Positions 1-7,326 of a stretch of DNA of 51,604 nt are shown here, one piece after another (position 1 is the first letter of the stretch; each line of letters starts with the position of its first letter). The notes under the pieces are model-generated. The model was not told where the DNA came from. It saw nothing but the letters and a program-made list of their open reading frames with translations, and made no database searches. Source of the stretch: Candidatus Nomurabacteria bacterium. Lineage in GTDB: Bacteria > Patescibacteriota > Minisyncoccia > Phycocordibacterales > UBA9973. The stretch spans positions 1 to 51,604 of the forward strand of contig JAHFNH010000005.1 in assembly GCA_023267435.1 (NCBI GenBank), given 5' to 3'. A program made the translations under genes and the position numbers.

Positions 1-79
1 AGCCAGCAAAAATCACTTGAATAAGCTTATTCACCTACGTGGTTAGAAATTTACTACAAGAGTCATTCTGCTGAATGAG

Positions 80-802
80 GTGATTTTTTGTTACCATATT
101 TTTTATGGTATATTATTTTATAATTCAAAAGTGAAAAATTATAATACTGCGATTAAAACTCTAAATGAAATATTAAAAAGAGAACAGCCTAAAACATTTA
201 GTAGCTCTTGGATACTCAAAAATGCTCAGCCTGTTTACCATTATGTTCGATTGAATTTTAGAACAGAAAATGATGATATAGATTGGGATTTAATTACTCA
301 ATCTTTACCTCGTTCATTTCAAAAACGTTGGGTAAGATATAAAAGAAAGAATATAAAACTATATGAACGTCAGTCTGAGGTTGATGTAATTTTAAACAAA
401 CATAAAGATAAGCTTTACGTATTATTTACTCCTGTTGATGAATATGATAAAAAAATACAGCATAGAATAATAATTAGTTTGGTAAGAATAGGACAAAAAG
501 GAAATATTTGTGCTCAACAGGAACTTGTAAAATGGGTTACTTTTATAACTGATGATTGGATAGATCGTTATCCTCAAATGTATCGATGGAAAGGGTATAC
601 AGACGAGGTAGAAGGTAAAATAAAAGGTTGTATACGTCTTTATCGTTATACAGGATCTTTTCTTGGTTATTTGTTTAAGACTCTTGAATATTCAGCCAGA
701 GGAAAGCCTCCGTTAGTGTCTTTAAATGATGCTATTTTTGATGGTAATAAAACTAGGGAAGAATATGCTGTAGTGCAAGAGGATTGGCAAATTTATAAAT
801 GA
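80..802 (+). CDS. hypothetical protein (240 aa as tracked; start uncertain)
   Basis: Intact ORF ending at TGA 800-802. No in-frame ATG near the 5' end. Candidate GTG starts at 80 or 131; GTG 131 lies 6 nt after TATAAT 119-124. No nameable motif. Residues ~130-200 only vaguely recall sigma-70 region 2 (not asserted). Confidence 0.5.
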   Translation: MIFCYHIFYGILFYNSKVKNYNTAIKTLNEILKREQPKTFSSSWILKNAQPVYHYVRLNFRTENDDIDWDLITQSLPRSFQKRWVRYKRKNIKLYERQSEVDVILNKHKDKLYVLFTPVDEYDKKIQHRIIISLVRIGQKGNICAQQELVKWVTFITDDWIDRYPQMYRWKGYTDEVEGKIKGCIRLYRYTGSFLGYLFKTLEYSARGKPPLVSLNDAIFDGNKTREEYAVVQEDWQIYK

Positions 803-810
803 GATGCAAT

Positions 811-838
811 AATTCAATTATTATTCAATAATTGAATT
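811..838. terminator. AT-rich 12-bp perfect palindrome between convergent genes (possible weak bidirectional terminator)
   Basis: aattcaattatt (811-822) pairs with aataattgaatt (827-838) around a 4-nt loop. It overlaps the Fic stop codon. Only one G:C pair, so it is weak. Confidence 0.3.
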
Positions 839-1708
839 TGCAGATATTTTCCAAACTCCTTTTTCTCGGAAAGCTGGAATTGTCTGACGACGGGCGGCAT
901 TTGCAAGAGATGAAGCAGTTTTCCTATGTTGTTTTGCAAATTCAGATAACTTTATAATCGAGATACCTTCTAGGTATGCAATGCGTTTATGAAGTGATTC
1001 CATAAGGCCAAGTGCCAGGATCTTTGCCGTTGGTTTTAAATTTTTTTTATCTCGATAAATAGCAAATGAATCATAGTAATCAGACTTTTCTTTATTGCGA
1101 ATAATAATAGGGGGAAAACCAAGGCGAATTAATTGCCAATTAATAAGTACTCGTCCAATACGACCGTTGCCATCATTGAATGGATGTACATTTTCAAATT
1201 CTAAATGAAACTTGGCAATTTTTTCTATGAAATAGGATTCATGATTGTTGTTGTATTCTGTAATAATTCCATTAATCATAAGATCAACGTGCTCTGGTGC
1301 CGGAGCAACATGACTTCCTACTCGAACATATTCTCCCACAGTACGAAAACGACCAGCAATCTCATCTCGAATTGCTGTTATAAGCATTTTATGTAGAAAT
1401 AAAATAATTTCTTTATTTATATCAGTAGTCTTTGCTTTTTCTCTAATATACTCCGCGACATGGGCGAGATTTTTTGCTTCAAAAATTTCACGAGAAGAAA
1501 CCTGGCGTGCAACTTCAAGTTCTAAAAGGATTCGTTCGGTTTCTTGAAGTGTTAAGGTTGAATTTTCAATAGCATTTGAGTTGTAAACTGATTCTGCTAC
1601 TTCTGCTTCTTCAATCAACTTTAAAAGATCATCTTTACCAACTTTTAGGGAATTATAGCGATCCTTAAGTTCTTTTAGGCGACTTTTGATTTGTTGTTGT
1701 ATTACCAT
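821..1708 (-). CDS. fic: Fic/DOC family AMPylase, class-II-like, with C-terminal HTH
   Basis: Canonical Fic motif HPFNDGNGRIGR (nt 1151-1186). Upstream SNAIEN (nt 1562-1579) fits the inhibitory-helix motif [ST]xxxE[GN]. The C-terminal LSEFAKQ..RRQTIPAFREKGVWKI resembles an excisionase-type HTH. Confidence 0.9.
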   Translation of the reverse strand: MVIQQQIKSRLKELKDRYNSLKVGKDDLLKLIEEAEVAESVYNSNAIENSTLTLQETERILLELEVARQVSSREIFEAKNLAHVAEYIREKAKTTDINKEIILFLHKMLITAIRDEIAGRFRTVGEYVRVGSHVAPAPEHVDLMINGIITEYNNNHESYFIEKIAKFHLEFENVHPFNDGNGRIGRVLINWQLIRLGFPPIIIRNKEKSDYYDSFAIYRDKKNLKPTAKILALGLMESLHKRIAYLEGISIIKLSEFAKQHRKTASSLANAARRQTIPAFREKGVWKISANSIIE

Positions 1709-1714
1709 ACTTTA

Positions 1715-1742
1715 ATTATAGTAATTCACGATTTTTTGTCAA
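1715..1742 (-). promoter_or_regulatory. sigma70-type promoter of fic (TTGACA-N16-TATAAT), leaderless spacing
   Basis: On the minus strand, TTGACA is at 1742-1737 and TATAAT at 1720-1715. The ATG at 1708 starts 6 nt after the -10 box. Confidence 0.65.
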
Positions 1743-1788
1743 ATTACCGTGAATTATACACTCAAATAACAAAAATTCACGGTATTTT
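1723..1788. promoter_or_regulatory. three operator-like AATTCACG(G)TA(A/T)TTT repeats over the fic promoter
   Basis: AATTCACG at 1723-1730, its inverted copy CGTGAATT at 1748-1755, and a direct copy at 1774-1781. The extended 15-mers at 1741-1755 (reverse complement) and 1774-1788 match 14/15. Confidence 0.55.
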
Positions 1789-1955
1789 TCTATTTTCCCT
1801 CCATAATACTTATTCGAACCCCACAAAGGAACTGCAATTTTAACAAGTCGAATACGACTTAAAAAATTGGGAGCCCTAAAGGATTGCAATTTGTACAATC
1901 CTTTCGGATTAACAAATTGGGAACATCATTCCAAGTTCGGAGTGAGTTAAGACAA

Positions 1956-1986
1956 AGCACCACGGAAATGGTGTTTTGTTTTTTCG
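1956..1986 (+). terminator. orphan intrinsic-terminator-like hairpin in a divergent intergenic region
   Basis: Stem cacca/tggtg (1958-1962 / 1969-1973), extendable by A:T and G:T pairs, followed by ttttgtttttt. No tracked plus-strand ORF lies upstream. Confidence 0.4.
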
Positions 1987-2011
1987 GGTAATTTTTTTGA
2001 GTTATATATAG

Positions 2012-2020
2012 TGGTATAAT
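2012..2020 (+). promoter_or_regulatory. extended -10 promoter (TGgTATAAT) of the 574-aa gene
   Basis: TGGTATAAT at 2012-2020. The ATG at 2029 is 8 nt downstream of the -10 box. Confidence 0.55.
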
Positions 2021-2028
2021 ATCGTTAT

Positions 2029-3753
2029 ATGAAAAACCTAATAAAAATTTTTGTATTTTTTGCCTTAACAATTTCATTTACAGGCAGTGCTTATGCTCTT
2101 ACTATGGATGAATATTTTCAACAAATGGACCGCGACCAAGCAGCTCTTGATTCGTGTGTCGCCGGGATTCCTAAAGCAGTGTCTCCCAGCGCAGCGTGCC
2201 AATGGTGGAGAAGCTATGACGCTTGCCACCTAGATAGTTATCTAATCCAACGTGCAAGCAGTGAAAAACTAATTGAATCAGAATCAGGTGATGATTGTAC
2301 TATAATACCAACTGAAGGTGGTGGACCACCACAACATTATTATTATTCTGGAAATCAATTTTGTATCGAAAGGGGTATTGGAACTCCCAGTTATACTAAA
2401 ACATGTGTACCACGCACCGACATCGTACAACCAACTCCAATACCGAAACTTGCGCCCGCACCGGGATTTCAGCCGTTACTCGAAAAATCAGAAACACAAT
2501 TGGAAATCGAGCGAAAAAATAAACAACTTCAACAAGAATTAAAACAGGCGGAGAAAGAATTAACTCAAAAAGTACAGGAAGGATATCAGAAAGACCGAGC
2601 GGCTGGGCGGATCATAGGCGAAGAAACACATTATGGAACCGTAGAAATTTTGAGAGATGGAAAAATTACCTCTCTCGATTCATACATCAAGGCGAATGCC
2701 GGTGACATTATAAAAACCGGAAATGACGGATTCATGGAATATGGTCTTAATAATAGCAGAACCAAACTTGGTCCCGATACGCTTGGTGTGATGCTCGGAC
2801 TTGATAAATCGAATAAAAAAGTGATTACTCCGCTTGATTGGGATAAAGATCCAAGCTACCGACCGGAATTAAATCACTGGGAATTTTTTGAGAATACTGC
2901 TATTGATTTAATGGATTTCATCAATCAAAATCGTCCAAGCTATTTAAAATCTTGCGCAATAGGAAATGTTTACGAGTGCTCTTGGGGTACAGTACAATTC
3001 ATTCATGGAGGAGTAGGATGGTTTAATGAGAAAATAGAAAAAGATTTCCCAAAAAATATGATAGTAACTCCTACTGTAGCTATGGTTCCAATTGGAACCG
3101 AGTATAGTGTGGCAGTAGGTCAAGATGGTGCAACTACCGTGACGACACTAGATGGAGAGGTTGTCGTGATGGATTTAAACAGCAGAAAACTTGCGATTGT
3201 AGGGGCGTATCAGACAATCACAATACCAAAAACTGACAAAGGATTGACGACGGCCGAATTACAGCAGGGTCTAACTAAAGTAGACCCGGGTTCAATCGAT
3301 AAGTGGTGGGAGAAAAAAACTCAGGAACAAATCAGCCCGGAAATGGTAAAGAAAATATTTATAGGAGGCTGGGTGGTTCTGTTTATAATCATACTCTTTG
3401 TGAAGCGAAAACAAATTTGGCCAAATAAATTTCTGAAAACTCAAACCGATATAGAGAAAGAAAAAATAGTAAATGAAAAATTAGAAAAGAATCGCAAATG
3501 GCTTGTTAATAATTCATTTTGGACCGGAGTTTTTTCCACAATTATTTCTTTATATGTGACTTTAGCTCCGCAATCATCTCAATTCATACTTCTTGTAAAG
3601 AATTACTGGCTGATTTTCTTAATGCTCACAATTCTTGGTTTTATCTTTAGTCTACTTAGCATGAAATCTCCAAGAAAAGCTTTTGTTGTTATTGGAATGT
3701 GTTTTAACATATTTGCAATTATGTTATGGCTTAGAATTGGTTTGATATTTTAA
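2029..3753 (+). CDS. secreted/membrane protein with Cys-rich N-domain, coiled coil, FecR-like beta domain and C-terminal TM helices
   Basis: Signal peptide MKNLIKIFVFFALTISFTGSAYA. EIERKNKQLQQELKQAEKEL coiled coil. GTVEILRDGK..AGDIIKTGNDGFMEY has a FecR-like pattern. Several hydrophobic helices lie in the last ~150 aa. Confidence 0.8.
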   Translation: MKNLIKIFVFFALTISFTGSAYALTMDEYFQQMDRDQAALDSCVAGIPKAVSPSAACQWWRSYDACHLDSYLIQRASSEKLIESESGDDCTIIPTEGGGPPQHYYYSGNQFCIERGIGTPSYTKTCVPRTDIVQPTPIPKLAPAPGFQPLLEKSETQLEIERKNKQLQQELKQAEKELTQKVQEGYQKDRAAGRIIGEETHYGTVEILRDGKITSLDSYIKANAGDIIKTGNDGFMEYGLNNSRTKLGPDTLGVMLGLDKSNKKVITPLDWDKDPSYRPELNHWEFFENTAIDLMDFINQNRPSYLKSCAIGNVYECSWGTVQFIHGGVGWFNEKIEKDFPKNMIVTPTVAMVPIGTEYSVAVGQDGATTVTTLDGEVVVMDLNSRKLAIVGAYQTITIPKTDKGLTTAELQQGLTKVDPGSIDKWWEKKTQEQISPEMVKKIFIGGWVVLFIIILFVKRKQIWPNKFLKTQTDIEKEKIVNEKLEKNRKWLVNNSFWTGVFSTIISLYVTLAPQSSQFILLVKNYWLIFLMLTILGFIFSLLSMKSPRKAFVVIGMCFNIFAIMLWLRIGLIF

Positions 3754-3813
3754 TTTTTACGTAGTTGTATATCCATGATTTACGGATTCTATTTTCATTG
3801 TTATACTAAAACT

Positions 3814-4020
3814 ATGCAAAAAACAGCTACACGTGTTTTTATTTATTCATCAATCACTTTTGGTGTTATAGGAATTTTACTAATCTTAGTCGGAGGACCA
3901 GATGGAAATAACTCTACATTATTAAACCAGAGATTACACCAACTTCTACTAATAACTGTTTGTATTATATTACCTTCATTTGCGTTAAGTGTTGCCAGTA
4001 AGTATCTAAACGATAAATAA
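3814..4020 (+). CDS. small membrane protein (68 aa from ATG 3814; tracked ORF starts at 3775)
   Basis: Two predicted TM helices. Extended -10 TGTTATACT at 3799-3807 lies 6 nt before ATG 3814, which favours this internal start. Confidence 0.55.
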   Translation: MQKTATRVFIYSSITFGVIGILLILVGGPDGNNSTLLNQRLHQLLLITVCIILPSFALSVASKYLNDK

Positions 4021-4030
4021 AGTTAAAACA

Positions 4031-4059
4031 AAAAACCACTTCGATCGAAGTGGTTTTTA
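4031..4059. terminator. bidirectional intrinsic terminator
   Basis: Perfect palindrome aaccacttcga/tcgaagtggtt flanked by an A-run and a T-run, between convergent genes. Confidence 0.8.
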
Positions 4060-4070
4060 AAATTTTCTTG

Positions 4071-4448
4071 CTAATTTTCTTTTAACTTTTTAAATACATC
4101 TTCACCAAGCTTCAGTACGTCATTTACGATTACTGGCTTTAATGTTTCTCCAGGATAAAATCTAATAAGTTCTTCTTTAAGAATGGTATAAGTAACTTCT
4201 TCAGAATTATTGAATTTGTGCCCTTTAAGTTCTTTTACACAAAAATCAATAAGACTCAATTTTTCATCTTTAATTTCAACTTTAGCTGAAATTATTTTTT
4301 TGGGTTTTGGCGGAATATTTGATCTTTTTAATAATCTTCTCATTCCAAAATAGAAAAGCAAGACTATAACAATTCCAATTAAGAAAAAGATAACAAACAA
4401 CCAATCAGGCAGTCCTGTGATGTTGGACAAGAGGACGAAATTTTTCAT
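4071..4448 (-). CDS. membrane-anchored hypothetical protein
   Basis: ORF with one N-terminal TM helix (DWLFVIFFLIGIVIVLLFYFG). ATG at 4448 is preferred over the tracked TTG at 4472. Confidence 0.6.
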   Translation of the reverse strand: MKNFVLLSNITGLPDWLFVIFFLIGIVIVLLFYFGMRRLLKRSNIPPKPKKIISAKVEIKDEKLSLIDFCVKELKGHKFNNSEEVTYTILKEELIRFYPGETLKPVIVNDVLKLGEDVFKKLKEN

Positions 4449-4493
4449 ATTTTCAGTTTTTAGGTTTAACAAACAACAAAATTATTTTTCTAA

Positions 4494-4522
4494 ACAATAT
4501 CACACATCGATTGACAAGTCAA
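4494..4522 (-). promoter_or_regulatory. minus-strand promoter TTGACT-N17-TATTGT
   Basis: Reverse complement of 4517-4522 is TTGACT and of 4494-4499 is TATTGT. It shares the palindromic TTGAC-AA-GTCAA core with the plus-strand serpin promoter. Confidence 0.5.
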
Positions 4523-4539
4523 CATAAAAATAATATAAT
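4511..4539 (+). promoter_or_regulatory. consensus sigma70 promoter (TTGACA-N17-TATAAT) of the serpin gene
   Basis: TTGACA at 4511-4516, a 17-nt spacer, and TATAAT at 4534-4539. Confidence 0.75.
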
Positions 4540-4578
4540 AACCAAGTCGCTTTATTAAATTTGTTTAATTATTTTTAT

Positions 4579-5919
4579 ATGAAATACAACAAAGGTCTTT
4601 CAACTATATCAGTTGTTTTAATAGTTATCGCTGCTCTGGGTATTTATTTTTTACAAAAGAATTCAGGCATAGTGTTAAAAAACACAGATCAAAAACAGCA
4701 AGAACAACAAGGTAAAAATACTCCTACACCCAATCCAACAACTGAAGATAAAAAAATAAATGATATCTCCTACACTAAAATTAATTCCGATAATCCTATT
4801 GTCATTGCTAATAATAAATTTACTTTTGATATTTACTCCAAGATCACAGAAAAGGGGAAAAATGTTTTCTTTTCCCCATTAAGTATTTCCAGTGCTTTCG
4901 CAATGGTTTACGAAGGTGCATCAGGTAAAACTGCCGACGAAATTCAATCAGTATTTCATTTTCCAAAAGATATGAATATTCTCAGAACGTCTTTTTCTTC
5001 GATTAATAATGACGTCAATAATGCAAGCAATGACTACAAATTAAGTATTGCTAATGCTCTATGGGTACAGCAAGATTTTAAATTTTTAGATAAATATCTT
5101 TCTGCGGTGGATCAGTACTATGTTGGAAAAGCTACGAATGTAGATTTTGTAAACAAGACAGAGGAAGTGCGTCAAACAATCAATCAATGGGTTGAAGGAA
5201 AAACTAATAATAAAATAAAAGATTTATTAGCACAGGGTACTTTAAGTTCTGGCACTAGACTTGTTTTGACTAATGCTATTTATTTCAAAGGGCAATGGGA
5301 AAAAGCATTTGATAAAAAATTAACCTCAGAACAGAACTTTAATGTAGATAATAATACAAAGGTTAAAGTTCAGATGATGAAAAAAACAGATAAAGACGCT
5401 GTGTTTAAATATGGGGAGAATGGGAATTTACAAATACTTGATCTGCCATATAAGGGAAATAAAATATCAATGATGGTTTTACTTCCAAAAGACAATAATA
5501 TTGCATCTCTTGAAAAATCATTTTCTTTTGTGAAGTTAAACGAATGGAAAAAGCTTCTTAGTGAGAAGCGTGTAGACGTATTTTTACCAAAGTTTAAAAT
5601 TGAAACACAATATTATCTTGCTGATACATTGAGTGGTATGGGTATGCCTACAGCTTTTACTGGTAATGCAGATTTTTCAGGCATGGATGGTAAAACAGAT
5701 CTTTCAATTACTAAAGTAATTCACAAGGCTTTTGTTGATGTAAATGAAGAAGGCACTGAAGCTGCTGCTGCTACTGCCATCATAGTGGGAGTTACATCAG
5801 CTGGACCAGATTTTTCTATACCAGTATTTCGAGCAGATCATCCATTTTTATTTATAATTCAAGATACGACTAACGGCAATATATTGTTTATAGGTAAGAT
5901 AGAAAATCCTACAATCTAA
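4579..5919 (+). CDS. serpin family protease inhibitor with N-terminal membrane anchor
   Basis: FFSPLSISSAFAMVYEGASGKTADEI is a serpin signature. Inhibitory-type hinge EEGTEAAAATA (nt ~5746-5780). FRADHPFLFII C-terminal motif. ATG 4579 gives MKYNKGLSTISVVLIVIAALGIYF; the tracked TTG start is at 4561. Confidence 0.9.
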   Translation: MKYNKGLSTISVVLIVIAALGIYFLQKNSGIVLKNTDQKQQEQQGKNTPTPNPTTEDKKINDISYTKINSDNPIVIANNKFTFDIYSKITEKGKNVFFSPLSISSAFAMVYEGASGKTADEIQSVFHFPKDMNILRTSFSSINNDVNNASNDYKLSIANALWVQQDFKFLDKYLSAVDQYYVGKATNVDFVNKTEEVRQTINQWVEGKTNNKIKDLLAQGTLSSGTRLVLTNAIYFKGQWEKAFDKKLTSEQNFNVDNNTKVKVQMMKKTDKDAVFKYGENGNLQILDLPYKGNKISMMVLLPKDNNIASLEKSFSFVKLNEWKKLLSEKRVDVFLPKFKIETQYYLADTLSGMGMPTAFTGNADFSGMDGKTDLSITKVIHKAFVDVNEEGTEAAAATAIIVGVTSAGPDFSIPVFRADHPFLFIIQDTTNGNILFIGKIENPTI

Positions 5920-5949
5920 CTGGTATTTATTAAGGTAATAGGGGAAATA

Positions 5950-5978
5950 AAAAAAGTTCTCAATTTGAGAACTTTTTA
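5950..5978 (+). terminator. intrinsic terminator after the serpin gene
   Basis: agttctca/tgagaact stem followed by a T-run. Confidence 0.75.
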
Positions 5979-6010
5979 CCGTTTTTATAATAGGTATATA
6001 TTTCTATTAC

Positions 6011-6019
6011 TGATATACT
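6011..6019 (+). promoter_or_regulatory. extended -10 (TGaTATACT), leaderless spacing
   Basis: TATACT at 6014-6019. ATG 6027 starts 7 nt downstream. Confidence 0.55.
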
Positions 6020-6026
6020 TCGTCAC

Positions 6027-6470
6027 ATGAATTTAATTACATGGCGTGGCTCAAAAAATCCTATCTTACGTTATTTAATAGCTGTGCCTTTAACATGGTT
6101 AATGCTAATTCCTATCATCATTGCGGATATTTTTGTTGAAATTTATCATCGAGTAGCTTTTCCTATCTACGGAATACAATACGTCAAACGTTCTCAATAT
6201 ATTCGTATAATGGATCGTGAAAAACTCCCTTATCTTTTATGGTATGAAAAGATCGGATGTGCTTATTGTGGATATATTAACGGATGGTTACACTATGCTT
6301 CCACAATTGCAGGGAGAACTGAAAGTTATTTTTGTGCAATATCTCATTTAGAAATACGAGGATATATTCCTTCAGAACATGAAAAGTCATTTTTAAAATA
6401 TGGTGACGAAGCTGCACTCAAAAAGCGTTATTTCATGCACGATTTGAAATATGGTAAAGAAGTGAAGTAA
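6027..6470 (+). CDS. hypothetical membrane protein with CxxC
   Basis: One TM helix (LIAVPLTWLMLIPIIIADIFV) plus a CAYCGY motif. No family named. Confidence 0.7.
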   Translation: MNLITWRGSKNPILRYLIAVPLTWLMLIPIIIADIFVEIYHRVAFPIYGIQYVKRSQYIRIMDREKLPYLLWYEKIGCAYCGYINGWLHYASTIAGRTESYFCAISHLEIRGYIPSEHEKSFLKYGDEAALKKRYFMHDLKYGKEVK

Positions 6471-6532
6471 TTGTTTGGAATTAAGGAGCTTTTTAACAGA
6501 GGCTCTTTTTTTATTTTAAAGAATTAAGATAC

Positions 6533-6561
6533 TTGCCATTTTGGGGTTTTTGAGCGATACT
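6533..6561 (+). promoter_or_regulatory. promoter TTGCCA-N17-GATACT, leaderless spacing
   Basis: TTGCCA at 6533-6538 and GATACT at 6556-6561. ATG 6568 starts 6 nt downstream. Confidence 0.45.
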
Positions 6562-6567
6562 CATTTT

Positions 6568-7218
6568 ATGAAAAAAATATTTTATGTTTTTACTTTTTTA
6601 ATTATCAGTATTTTTATTGCACCTCATATTTCAATGGCTTCTTCGAAAGCGTTGCCCAATCTGGAAGTCACCGCTAAAAAGCTTCCTTTCGGCAAGATTA
6701 CAGTTATAAATACCGGATCGGACGGACTTTTTGCTTTTAGCGATCTAGAAGCAGGGAATTATGAATTGTTTATAAATGGTGAATCAACTTCACTTGGAAT
6801 TTTTCCGGTGGCAAATGGCAAAATTTCTGGAAAGGTTTTGATTAATATTAATGATGAGGAAACACCTACTCCAACTCCAACTCCTGCACCTGCACCTGCA
6901 CCTGCACCTGCACCTGCACCTGCACCTGCACCTGCAAACACAAACGTAAACACGAATTCTACTGACAATATTACAACAAATTTTCAGTTTGAGGAAAAAA
7001 ATTGGGAGAAAAATTCCACTGCTGATTATGTTGCAAAATTAAAAGATCTTTTAAAGAAAGAAAATATTTTACCAGCTAGTTTTAAAGAAGGGGATGCAAA
7101 AACACTAAAAAATTCTATCAAGAAATTCCAAGTAAAATACGGCATTCGAAGTACCGGAAATGTCGGTCCATCTACCGCTCAGAAGTTGAACGAACTTTTG
7201 AAAGCTAACAAGAATTAA
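6568..7218 (+). CDS. secreted protein: CarboxypepD_reg-like domain, (TP)3(PA)9 linker, peptidoglycan-binding-like C-terminus
   Basis: Signal peptide MKKIFYVFTFLIISIFIAPHISMA. GKITVINTGSDGLFAFSDLEAGNYELF. C-terminal LKNSIKKFQVKYGIRSTGNVGPSTAQKLNELL resembles PG_binding_1. The tracked start at 6541 is TTG. Confidence 0.75.
   Translation: MKKIFYVFTFLIISIFIAPHISMASSKALPNLEVTAKKLPFGKITVINTGSDGLFAFSDLEAGNYELFINGESTSLGIFPVANGKISGKVLININDEETPTPTPTPAPAPAPAPAPAPAPAPANTNVNTNSTDNITTNFQFEEKNWEKNSTADYVAKLKDLLKKENILPASFKEGDAKTLKNSIKKFQVKYGIRSTGNVGPSTAQKLNELLKANKN
6883..6936 (+). repeat. perfect hexanucleotide microsatellite (CCTGCA)x9 encoding (PA)9
   Basis: Nine uninterrupted cctgca units counted directly, in frame. 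Confidence 0.95.
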
Positions 7219-7326
7219 ATAAGAAAACACATTTCATTTGTCTAAAATATTACCTTTGTACTTAGGTAATATTTTTGCTATAGTATACATAGGTCTTATT
7301 ATTAATAGAATTATTAACTAAATTAT

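Noticed and set aside
1806-1835. ttcgaacccc, considered as the T-arm of a minus-strand tRNA.
   Set aside because: The flanking bases do not form T, acceptor or anticodon stems, so no cloverleaf can be drawn.
6759-6968. 69-aa minus-strand ORF encoding (GA)n.
   Set aside because: It is simply the antisense reading of the (CCTGCA)9 microsatellite inside a well-supported plus-strand gene.
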